Positions 9,674-17,996 of a DNA stretch of 64,000 nucleotides are shown here, one piece after another. The stretch lies in NCBI GenBank assembly GCA_041299705.1, contig JBGLNM010000001.1, forward strand, positions 3,814 through 67,813, written 5' to 3'. A model generated the notes under the pieces. It had not been told where the DNA came from. It worked only from the letters and a program-made list of their open reading frames with translations, and made no database searches. A program made the translations under genes and the position numbers. The stretch comes from Desulfobacterales bacterium. Lineage in GTDB: Bacteria > Desulfobacterota > Desulfobacteria > Desulfobacterales > JBGLNM01. The first letter of the stretch is position 1. The number at the start of each line of letters is the position of its first letter.

Positions 9674-10189
9674 CTAGTCCTCCTCCCGGAAATCTTCCTC
9701 CTGCAGCTGGGCCTGGAGCTGCTTGAGGTAGTCCTGCTTGGAGGCGACGAAGTCGAACTCGTCGAAATAGGTGTGCTCTTTCTCCTTGACCACCGAAAGG
9801 CCGAGGTTCTGGGCCACTTCGTGGAGGCCTTCGAGGGTGGCCGCCTTGACGGCATGCTCCGGGATGCCCTGGACGATGCTGTTGACCGCGATGGTGACGT
9901 CCCGGACCGGGTGGCTCACGTGGCCGGTCGAAAACACGCCGTGGGCCGTTCCGATGGTGTCGGCCTTGAGGGTCCCGGCCGGGGTGTTGAGGTGCGACTT
10001 GATGTGGCCGATGCAGCGTGCGCCCAGTTCCATGCATTTTTGGGCGATGGCCGTCATCATGTTTTCGGCCATGGTCTTGAGAAACGCCTCGTTCATGGCC
10101 TCTTTGCGGCTCAGCTTGGCGGCCACGCCGTACCCGCTGACGCCGTGCTCGGTGTAACAGCCGACTTGCCGGCCGGTGTCCCCTGCCAT
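9674..10189 (-). CDS. Hypothetical 171-aa protein with His-rich stretches, sandwiched between the two G3E GTPase genes
   Basis: Clean ORF with normal composition. Contains GHIKSH, TAHG and TGHVSHP segments and an acidic C-terminus. I recognise no family. Confidence 0.6.
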   Translation of the reverse strand: MAGDTGRQVGCYTEHGVSGYGVAAKLSRKEAMNEAFLKTMAENMMTAIAQKCMELGARCIGHIKSHLNTPAGTLKADTIGTAHGVFSTGHVSHPVRDVTIAVNSIVQGIPEHAVKAATLEGLHEVAQNLGLSVVKEKEHTYFDEFDFVASKQDYLKQLQAQLQEEDFREED

Positions 10190-10193
10190 CGGG

Positions 10194-10808
10194 CTATCCC
10201 TCCCATGCCTGGATCATTTCCACCAGGCGGTCGATGCCGATGTCCGCGAAGGTGGACAGGTTCACGATTTCCGCGACGGCGTTGTACTGCCTCACCCTGG
10301 ATGCCGACTCGGCGACCGCGTTTTCGTCCACGGCGTCGATCTTGCTGATAGCGATGATGTCGGCATCCTTGACCTGGGTGGTCACCAGCTGCCCCAGCAT
10401 GTCCATGTCCAGCAGCTCCGCCGGGCGGGTGGCGTCGAAGAGCACGACGGCCGGGCCGAGGGTGAGCTTGGCATCCCGGCCGCCCATGCGCGCGGCAAGC
10501 TTGACCTGGTGCGGAACGGCCACCCCGGTCGGCTCCACCAGGACGTGATCCGGCGAGAAGTCCTTGTAGAGGCGGTAGATCGTCTTTGCGAAGGTCGCCG
10601 CCACCTCGCAGCAGATGCAGCCGCCGCCGATGTCCTTGACCAGAAGGCCGCTTTCCTCGATGACCTTGCCGTCGACGGGGATTTCCCCGATCTCGTTGAC
10701 CACCAGAGCCACCTTCTGCCGGCCGCCCCCGGCCAGGCGGCGCGACAGCTGCAGCAGGAGGGTCGTCTTGCCGCAGCCGAGGAAACCGGCGATTTGGGTG
10801 ATTTTCAT
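10194..10808 (-). CDS. CobW/COG0523-like G3E P-loop GTPase (short form, no CobW_C domain)
   Basis: ATG at 10808 with RBS GGAGGAG. P-loop GFLGCGKTT. GGGCICCE metal motif. 204 aa. Confidence 0.85.
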   Translation of the reverse strand: MKITQIAGFLGCGKTTLLLQLSRRLAGGGRQKVALVVNEIGEIPVDGKVIEESGLLVKDIGGGCICCEVAATFAKTIYRLYKDFSPDHVLVEPTGVAVPHQVKLAARMGGRDAKLTLGPAVVLFDATRPAELLDMDMLGQLVTTQVKDADIIAISKIDAVDENAVAESASRVRQYNAVAEIVNLSTFADIGIDRLVEMIQAWEG

Positions 10809-10894
10809 TTCTCCTCCAGGTAGGGTGCCTTGCGGCGGCGCTTCCCGCAACGGCCGCAGGGTCTCATGCCGGCCGCGGGATGTAAATGCAGGCT

Positions 10895-10929
10895 TTCGGG
10901 TATTTAGCGGGTATGCGGGCATACCCGAA
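10895..10929. promoter_or_regulatory. Nested palindrome, candidate operator upstream of the G3E operon
   Basis: TTCGGGTAT-TTAGC-GGGTATGC-GG-GCATACCCGAA. It lies about 90-120 nt upstream of the start at 10808. Confidence 0.3.
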
Positions 10930-10983
10930 TAGGCGCAGAGAAAGGAGAAGCAAAAACAGCCGTTGCCGTCAATGCCGGCTCGA

Positions 10984-11033
10984 TCGTTGTCGTGGTCGTA
11001 ATCGTTGTCGTAATCGGTATCCTGATCCTGGAT
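10984..11033. repeat. Period-6 tract (GTTGTC/GTAATC type)
   Basis: tcgttgtcgtggtcgtaatcgttgtcgtaatcggtatcctgatcctgg. It is the reverse complement of the tract type at 11213-11288. Confidence 0.7.
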
Positions 11034-11212
11034 GTCCGCGCACCCGTCACCCCCCACGCCGCCCGTCATCGGCCTGATTGCGCTCCCAGACACCCCGGAC
11101 GCACAAAACAAGGCGCAACCCTCCCTGCTCGTTCCCGACTGCAGGGGGCCGCTCCCTTTCTCCCGAGGAAGACTGGGGATCGGTCAGCGACATCAATTTA
11201 TTTGATGGATAG

Positions 11213-11288
11213 GATTACGACTACGATTACGATTACGATTACGATTACGACAACGAGAACGACAACGAGAACGACAACGACATCGATG
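11213..11288. repeat. Period-6 tract (GATTAC/GACAAC/GAGAAC type)
   Basis: gattacgactacgattacgattacgattacgattacgacaacgagaacgacaacgagaacgacaacgacatcgatgg. Confidence 0.8.
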
Positions 11289-11299
11289 GAGGCAGGGAT

Positions 11300-12094
11300 T
11301 CAGATGGAAAAATGGCCGCGCACCCGGTCGAAGAGCCTGTCGACCCGGGAGGCAAAGGGCAGGTCGCCGTCCGCGAGGGCCTGCCGGGCCACCTGCCCCA
11401 GAAGCGCGCGGTCGTGAGGGAGAAGGTAGGGGTGGCAGCGGTCCCAGAAGGAGACCAACTCGGGCGAGAGGCCCGACTGCTGCAGCAGGTGGAGCGGGAG
11501 GAAGGCTTCACACTTCTGGCACAGGTAAAGCCCCCGCACCCAGTCGTGCGGCTGCAGGCGGTCGTAGTCCTGCGCGTCGCCGAGTGTTCTTTCCAGCTGG
11601 TGAAAGTGGTAGACCACCTGGGGCCCGCCCCGCCCCAGGTCGAGGATCATCCGCGTCGCCGCCTGGAGCTGAAGCGCTTTTTCCAGGTGCCAGACCATCT
11701 GGCGCACAACGGCGATGGCGGACCCGCTGAGGTTGAGGGAGGACTGGATCTTCCTTCGGAAGTTGAAGGCGAAGGCGTCGCCGCGAAGATCCAGGCTGAA
11801 GAGGGCCAGTTCCAGGTCCACGGCGGCCTGCAGGGCGGCCGGGGGGGCATCGGCGAGGCCATCGGCGCAGACGTGAAGCACCAGGCCGCTGTTTTGCCTG
11901 CGGCCGAAAAGGAGGCAGGCGGGGCGCCGTTCCGGGCGGGGGTCGGGGAAGCCGTCCCGGGAATGGAAGCGCAGCTTCACAACGGTGCCGAGGGACGGGT
12001 CGACCTCCTCGAAAAAGGAGGCGATCCACGCGGCGCAATTTTTCGCAAGGGCGGTTTCGGCCGCCTGGTCGTTTCGAGGGTCGGCTGGGGGCAT
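11300..12094 (-). CDS. Hypothetical protein (264 aa from the ATG at 12094). The 5' end may be truncated.
   Basis: This is the C-terminal third of the 735-aa ORF-track entry. It has normal composition (..QMVWHLEKALQLQAATRMILDL..LYLCQKCEAFLPLHLL..), whereas the upstream part is antisense to resB. No family recognised. Confidence 0.5.
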   Translation of the reverse strand: MPPADPRNDQAAETALAKNCAAWIASFFEEVDPSLGTVVKLRFHSRDGFPDPRPERRPACLLFGRRQNSGLVLHVCADGLADAPPAALQAAVDLELALFSLDLRGDAFAFNFRRKIQSSLNLSGSAIAVVRQMVWHLEKALQLQAATRMILDLGRGGPQVVYHFHQLERTLGDAQDYDRLQPHDWVRGLYLCQKCEAFLPLHLLQQSGLSPELVSFWDRCHPYLLPHDRALLGQVARQALADGDLPFASRVDRLFDRVRGHFSI

Positions 12095-13447
12095 GTCATC
12101 CGTGAGGGACTTGGTGACAGGGCTCGCGGCGGGTCCTCCGTCAGGCTGACCGTCGTCCTGCTCCTCGGCCTGGCGCTGACGTCGATGATCGGGACCCTGA
12201 TCCCCCAGAACCAGTCCCCGGCGGAATATGTCCGCGCCTATGGGGAATTCCTCTATCGCCTGTTCTCCGTCCTCAACGTGTTCGACATGTACCATTCCTG
12301 GTGGTTCCGCTTCCTGATGATCCTGCTGGCCACCAACATCATCGTCTGCTCCGTCGAGCGCCTCTCGGCCACCTGGCGGGTCATCTTCCCCGCGGCGCCG
12401 AAGTTTTCCGCCGCCCGCTTCCGCAAGCCGGCCGGCGGGCCCGGCTGGGAGGACAACCGCCCTCCCGATGAGCTCGCCGACCTGTGCCGACCGGTCGTCG
12501 CCGGCCATTTCGGCACCGTGCGCGTGGAGCCCTGCGGCCGCGGCGCGTGCATTTTCGGGGAGCGGCGACGGTGGTCGCGGATCGGCGTCTACGTGGTCCA
12601 CTTCAGCGTGGTGCTGCTTCTGGCGGGGGGCCTGATCGGCTCCTTTTTCGGGTACGAGGGTTTCGTCAACATCCCGGAGGGCGAGGCCCGGGACCGGGTC
12701 TTCCTGCGCAACAGCCGCCAGTCGATCCAGCTCGGCTTCCAGATCCGCTGCGACGATTTCGACGTCAGCTTCTACGAGGGCGGGGCCCCGAAGGAGTACC
12801 GCTCCCGCCTGACCATCCTCGAGGCGGGCGGGCCGATACTGCAGAAGGATATCATCGTCAACGACCCCCTTTCCCACCGGGGCGTCCGCATCTACCAGTC
12901 CAGCTACGGCACCCTGCCGGGAAACGAATTCGTCCTGAGCCTGACCAGCCGCGAAACCGGGATGATTTACACCCAGCCGGCGGTCCTCGGCCAGAAGGTC
13001 GTCATCCCGGAGAATCTGGGCACCCTGGTGATCGAGGAATACCGCGAAGAGGCCCAGTTCCAGGGCCACGCCGTCGGAGAGGCCTTTGTCGGGACCCTGA
13101 CCCCCGGCGGCGCCGAACCGGTGCCCATCATCCTGCCCCTGCGCTTCCCCGGCTTCGACCAGATGCGCAAGGGCGAAGTGGTCGTCGCCGTCGCCGAGTA
13201 CACGCCCCGCTATTACACCGGCCTCCAGGTGGCGCGGGATCCGGGGGTGTGGGTGGTTTACGCCGGATTCGTCCTCATGATCCTGGGGTGCGTGATCACC
13301 TTCTTCATGCCCCACCAGCAGGTCTGCGTCGAGCTGGCGCCCGCCGGCTCCGGCAGCCGGGTCCGGGTGACCGGCAGGGCGCCCAAAGGCCAGGTGGCGA
13401 TGGACCTTAAAATTCAACGCATTGCGGAAAAGCTCCGCAGGCTCTGA
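12093..13447 (+). CDS. resB: ResB/Ccs1 cytochrome c biogenesis protein (system II). N-terminus unresolved: 1-nt frameshift or 5' truncation.
   Basis: SSVRLTVVLLLGLALTSMIGTLIPQ onward is typical ResB. No in-frame ATG, GTG or TTG lies close upstream. The ATG at 12093 is in another frame that stops after 18 codons. Confidence 0.75.
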
Positions 13448-13512
13448 CCCGCCGGCCGCGGCGGCCCCCGCGGACAGACGCGCGGCGGGCCGCGGGGAAA
13501 AGGACACCCCAG

Positions 13513-14358
13513 ATGAACAGTTCCCTTCTGCTTTCCATCGTCACCTTCGTTTACGGCCTGGCGGCCATGGTCTACCTCGCCGCCTGGGTGTTCAAACGGC
13601 CGCAAGGCGGGCGCCTGGCATCCTGGATCGCCCTGCTGGCGGTGATGGGCAACGGGGCGGGCATCGCCCTGCGCTGGGCGGAATCCTACCGCCTCGGCAT
13701 CGGCCACGCCCCCCTGGCCAACCTCTACGAGTCCCTGGTCTTTTTCGCCTTCACCATCGGCATCATCCACCTGGTCGTCGAGCGCCGCTACGCCGACCGC
13801 ACCCTCGGCGCCTTCACCACTCCCCTGGCCTTCCTGGCCATGGCCTACGCCTCCCTCTCCCCCCACATCAGCGACCGCATCCAGCCCCTGATCCCGGCCC
13901 TGAAAAGCAACTGGCTCATCGCCCACGTCGTCACCTGCTTCATCGGCTACGCCGCCTTCGCCATCGCCTTCGGGGTGAGCTGGATGTACCTCCTCAAGCA
14001 GCGCGGCGGCGGCCGGCGGGGGCCCCTCGTCGACCACCTCCCCGATTCCCGGGTCCTGGACGAACTCAACCACCAGCTGGTCATGTTCGGCTTCCTGTTC
14101 CTCTCCGCGGGCATCATCACGGGGGCGGTGTGGGCCCATTCGGCCTGGGGCCGCTACTGGGGCTGGGATCCCAAGGAAACCTGGTCCCTGATCACCTGGT
14201 TCGTCTACGCCAGCCTGCTGCACGCCAAGCTGATGCGCGGCTGGCAGGGCCGGCGGATCGCCTGCCTCTCCATCCTGGGCTTCGGCGCGGTGCTGTTTAC
14301 CTACTTCGGCGTCAACTACCTGCCCGGCCTTCATTCCTATGGCGCCATGGGCCAATGA
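13513..14358 (+). CDS. ccsA: CcsA/ResC cytochrome c-type biogenesis protein
   Basis: 281 aa polytopic membrane protein with a Trp-rich haem-handling motif (WGRYWGWDPKETWSLITW). Confidence 0.9.
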   Translation: MNSSLLLSIVTFVYGLAAMVYLAAWVFKRPQGGRLASWIALLAVMGNGAGIALRWAESYRLGIGHAPLANLYESLVFFAFTIGIIHLVVERRYADRTLGAFTTPLAFLAMAYASLSPHISDRIQPLIPALKSNWLIAHVVTCFIGYAAFAIAFGVSWMYLLKQRGGGRRGPLVDHLPDSRVLDELNHQLVMFGFLFLSAGIITGAVWAHSAWGRYWGWDPKETWSLITWFVYASLLHAKLMRGWQGRRIACLSILGFGAVLFTYFGVNYLPGLHSYGAMGQ

Positions 14359-14572
14359 TTTCTCTTGACAAAAATAGCGCCCGACGGTACAGAACCCGCA
14401 TTATTTTTTCCGCTCCAGAAAAAGATTTTCCTGTTATTCAAGGTGTATGGTCGATTAGAGGGGCCGGCTCGGCGTCTTTTCCGGTTTCCGGTCGGGGCGG
14501 CGGCCGTCTGCGCGCCTGACCGGCGCGATCCACTTTACCTGAACCCGAAAACCACAGCCTGACGGAGCATCC

Positions 14573-15259
14573 ATGAGCACACACGATCACGAGGGGAAAA
14601 CGGGCGCCGAAGGTTCGGCCGACAGCAGGGTCCACCCGGAGGGAAAGGGGGCCGCCGGACCGGTCATCCTCTTCTTTTTCATCGGCCTGCTGGCCAGCCT
14701 CGTCCTGGGGTGGGGCATTTTCCCCAAGCTCCTCTACTCCCAGAAGGACCAGCCCGTCGAATTCAGCCACGCCCAGCACAACGAGCTGGTCGACGAAGGC
14801 TGCCAGAGCTGCCATTTTTTCCGTGAGGACGGCACCTTCTCCGGGTCGCCGAAGCTGGCCCAGTGCATCGGCTGCCACGAGGAGGTGCAGGGTGAAAGCG
14901 AGGCAGAGGCCCGTTTCGTCGCCGAGTATGTCGAAAAAGAGCGCGAGGTGCCTTGGCTGGTCTACGCGCGCCAGCCCGACTGCGTCTTTTTCTCCCACGC
15001 CGCGCACGTGCTCAAGGCCAAAATGGATTGCACCACATGCCACGGCGACATCGGGACATCGGACTATCTCAAGGTCTACGAGGAGAACCGGATCACCGGC
15101 TACAGCCGCGACATCTGGGGCCGGAACATTTCAGGGATCGGCGGGAACACCTGGGACTCGATGAAAATGAACGACTGTTCCAATTGCCACATGCAGCTCA
15201 AGGAGATGGCATCGAGCGTGCAGACCCAAAGGGAGGCCTGCTTCGTCTGCCACAAATAG
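14573..15259 (+). CDS. Membrane-anchored pentahaem c-type cytochrome
   Basis: Five CXXCH motifs (CQSCH, CIGCH, CTTCH, CSNCH, CFVCH). N-terminal TM helix VILFFFIGLLASLVLGWGIF. Confidence 0.85.
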   Translation: MSTHDHEGKTGAEGSADSRVHPEGKGAAGPVILFFFIGLLASLVLGWGIFPKLLYSQKDQPVEFSHAQHNELVDEGCQSCHFFREDGTFSGSPKLAQCIGCHEEVQGESEAEARFVAEYVEKEREVPWLVYARQPDCVFFSHAAHVLKAKMDCTTCHGDIGTSDYLKVYEENRITGYSRDIWGRNISGIGGNTWDSMKMNDCSNCHMQLKEMASSVQTQREACFVCHK

Positions 15260-15350
15260 CGCGGGGGCTGTTGGGCCCGTCCCAGCCCGACAGCGCAGCT
15301 CCCCGGAACGCCCGATGACACGAATCCGCACCATTACAGGGGAACGATCA

Positions 15351-16190
15351 ATGAAGATTGACAGGAGAAGCTTTTTGTCGCGGCTTCTGGAACGTTCGGT
15401 GAAGGGCGCCCGCCGCCTCAGGCCTTTTTCGTCCCCTTCGCGCAACACCCATTTTGCCGCCGCGGTCATCGGCGCCGGCCAGGCCGCGGTTCACAGCGCC
15501 CAGACCCTGGCGCAGGCGGGCATGGACGTGTTCTGGTTCTCCGGGGGCGCGGCGCCTCCGGCGGCGCTGGAGCGCCATGCCAATGTCCACTGGTTCCGGG
15601 GCGCAACGGTGCGCCGGGTCAGCGGCACCCTGGGCGATTTCGTCCTGTCCGTGGAAACCGACACCCTGACCCAGGAAATCCGCGTCGGTGCGGTCATCAT
15701 GGGGGAAACCTCCCGCCGCGGCATCGACTATGTGCACCAGCAGGGACTCCCCGGCCGCCGGATCTCGGGCGCCATGCAGGCCCGGGGTGTCACCGGCATT
15801 CCTTTTTTCTACCCCGGCATGACATCGGTTTCCGGCCTGTTCCTCGCCGACCCGCCCGGCATTTCCATCTCCAGCCGGCAGAAAGGCGAGGCCGCGGCCG
15901 TTCTGGCCGCCGCGGTCATGCCCAGGGGACCCCGTCAGAGCAAGGGTCATACCGTGGTGGTGGACAAAAACGTCTGCCGGGGCTGCGGACGCTGCGTGGA
16001 TGTCTGCCCCTACCACGCGGTGAGCCTGCTGCCCAACGGCACGGGCGGCTGGCACGCGGCGGTGGACGAGGCCTTCTGTAAAGGCTGCGGCAACTGCATA
16101 TCGGTATGCCCCTCCAACGCCGCGGACAGCCCCTACCGCAGCCAGGTGTTTTTCGAGCGCATGCTGGAGGACATTCTGATGCCGGCGTGA
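15351..16190 (+). CDS. HdrA-related flavoprotein-like protein with a C-terminal 2x[4Fe-4S] ferredoxin domain
   Basis: ATG at 15351. AVIGAGQAAV dinucleotide-type motif. CRGCGRCVDVCP and CKGCGNCISVCP motifs. Confidence 0.6.
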   Translation: MKIDRRSFLSRLLERSVKGARRLRPFSSPSRNTHFAAAVIGAGQAAVHSAQTLAQAGMDVFWFSGGAAPPAALERHANVHWFRGATVRRVSGTLGDFVLSVETDTLTQEIRVGAVIMGETSRRGIDYVHQQGLPGRRISGAMQARGVTGIPFFYPGMTSVSGLFLADPPGISISSRQKGEAAAVLAAAVMPRGPRQSKGHTVVVDKNVCRGCGRCVDVCPYHAVSLLPNGTGGWHAAVDEAFCKGCGNCISVCPSNAADSPYRSQVFFERMLEDILMPA

Positions 16191-16299
16191 ACCCGTCGCA
16201 ATTCGAATCGGGGCCGGCATCGACTCTGCCGTTTTCTACCGGTACCGACCCCGGCGAAAGGCGGAAGCGGCCCTTTCCCAACGCAAAAAGCCCGAGGGT

Positions 16300-17907
16300 A
16301 TGAACCAGGATCCAGACGAAATGACCTCAGAGGACATCAAGATCATCCTGTTTTTGTGCAGCTGGGGCCCCCACAGCGCCTACCAGCGGCTCCAGGACGA
16401 AGGCTACCGGATTCCGGGGCCGGTGCAGATGGTGCGCATTCCCTGCACCGGGCGCATCAGCAAGGCCCTGCTCTTCAAGGCCTTTGAAATGGGGGCCGAC
16501 GGCGTGGCCCTGGTGGGTTGCAGCCCGGGCACCTGCCGCTACGGCAGCGGAACCGTCTCGGCCGAGAAAAACACCGCGGACACCCGTGCCATCCTCGATC
16601 TTCTCGGGGTGGGGGGACGGCGCATGGGGCTGGCCACCTTTCTGCCCGACGAGGCCGAGGCCCTGGAGCGGTTCCTCGCCGCTTTCGTCCATCAAGTCGA
16701 AACCCTGGGCAAGAGCCCGGTCCGGCCGGCACGCCGCGCGAACGCCGCCCCGGCGGAAACCGCGGCCGCGCTGCTGGCCCGCCACAACGCCTTCGCCTGC
16801 CAGGACTGCGGCAAGTGCACCGCCTCCTGCCCCCTGGCCCTCAGCGGGCGGGCCTACTCGCCCCGGGCCATCGTCAGCGCCATCATCCGCGGGGAAGCCG
16901 ACAACGAAGCGGTTGCCGGGGACATCCATGCCTGCCTGACCTGCGGCCTTTGCCACGAGCGCTGCCCCAGCGACGTGAATTTCCCCGCCTTCGTGCGCGA
17001 CATGCGCTGGCTGCTGCGCGAGGCCGGCGCCGACGGCCGCCACCAGCCCCACGGCGGCTTCTTCCAGTCCCTGATGCGCGCCATGGGCTCCGCGCAGGTC
17101 AGGCCGCGGCGCTGGGAGCGCCTGCCCCCGGACATCCGCACCGACCCGGCCGGCAAGATCCTGTTTTTCGGGGGCTGCGCACCCTATTTCGACGCTTTTT
17201 TCAAACACCACCACGCCCTGGACACATCGAAAATTCTGACCGACGCCCTGCGCCTGCTCAATTTTTTCGACGTGGAGCCGCGGCTGATGGCCGCCGAGCG
17301 CTGCTGCGGCCATGACCTGCTCTGGAGCGGGGACCGCGAGGGGTTCCTGCGCCTGGGGCGGCTCAACGTCGAGGAGTTCCGCGACTCGGGTGTCGAGCAG
17401 ATCATCACGGCCTGTCCGGAGTGCTTTCAGACCCTTGGGGTGGACTACGGGGCTTTCGGCCTGGAAACCGGCGTGACCGTGACCCACCTGTACGATTTTC
17501 TGGAAACCCAGATCGACAAGGGGGCGGTGGGTTTCAAGGGCGAGGGGGCCGCCGTCGCCTACCAGAGGGCCTGCCGCCTCGACCGCAGCGACGCCGTCCG
17601 CGCCCTGCCCCGGCGCCTGCTGGGGCGGCTTGCCGGAAGCGGGGCCGTGCGCACGGCGGGCACGGCCGGCCTCTCCTCCTGCTGCGGCAATTGCGCCTGG
17701 AGCGCCTGCGACGCTTCCAACAAGGCCCTGCAGGTCCAGCGCCTGCGCGAGATTCGCGCCGGCGGGGCGGGGCTTCTGGTGACCTCCTGCCCCAAGTGCC
17801 AGATCCATCTGCGCTGCGCCATGGAAGACCCGTTTCTGGGCCCAGGGATCACCATGGAGATGGCCGACCTCACCAGCCTGGTGGCGCAGACCATCTGTTG
17901 GGAGTGA
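16300..17907 (+). CDS. MvhD/FlpD-like domain fused to an HdrC/HdrB-like (4Fe-4S + CCG) module
   Basis: N-terminal ILFLCSWGPHSAY..VRIPCTGRI. CQDCGKCTASCP and CLTCGLCHERCP motifs. CCG-type motifs CCGHD and CCGNC. Confidence 0.75.
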   Translation: MNQDPDEMTSEDIKIILFLCSWGPHSAYQRLQDEGYRIPGPVQMVRIPCTGRISKALLFKAFEMGADGVALVGCSPGTCRYGSGTVSAEKNTADTRAILDLLGVGGRRMGLATFLPDEAEALERFLAAFVHQVETLGKSPVRPARRANAAPAETAAALLARHNAFACQDCGKCTASCPLALSGRAYSPRAIVSAIIRGEADNEAVAGDIHACLTCGLCHERCPSDVNFPAFVRDMRWLLREAGADGRHQPHGGFFQSLMRAMGSAQVRPRRWERLPPDIRTDPAGKILFFGGCAPYFDAFFKHHHALDTSKILTDALRLLNFFDVEPRLMAAERCCGHDLLWSGDREGFLRLGRLNVEEFRDSGVEQIITACPECFQTLGVDYGAFGLETGVTVTHLYDFLETQIDKGAVGFKGEGAAVAYQRACRLDRSDAVRALPRRLLGRLAGSGAVRTAGTAGLSSCCGNCAWSACDASNKALQVQRLREIRAGGAGLLVTSCPKCQIHLRCAMEDPFLGPGITMEMADLTSLVAQTICWE

Positions 17908-17996
17908 ACCGCCGGCCCGAACCGAACGCACAGTTGCCTCCACCGTCAAACGCGGATCGACAGCCGCGAATCACACGCGGGAAAAAGGATTCAGCC

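Noticed and set aside
11213-11288. GATTAC-type tracts as an Asp/Tyr/Asn-rich coding repeat, or as a synthetic 'watermark'.
   Set aside because: The reading frame through them continues only into antisense-type sequence. Similar degenerate tracts occur at ten or more intergenic sites in both orientations, which argues for a native repeat family.
14365-14393. Sigma70-like promoter TTGACA-N17-TACAGA upstream of the pentahaem cytochrome gene.
   Set aside because: The -35 element is perfect but the -10 is poor (it lacks the conserved final T). I kept it only as a remark, not as a feature.
15351-15420. Twin-arginine (Tat) signal on the HdrA-related protein (MKIDRRSFLSRLL).
   Set aside because: The RRxFL motif is present, but it is followed by a charged stretch (ERSVKGARRLRP) rather than a hydrophobic h-region and an AxA site. 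The neighbouring genes encode cytoplasmic-type proteins.
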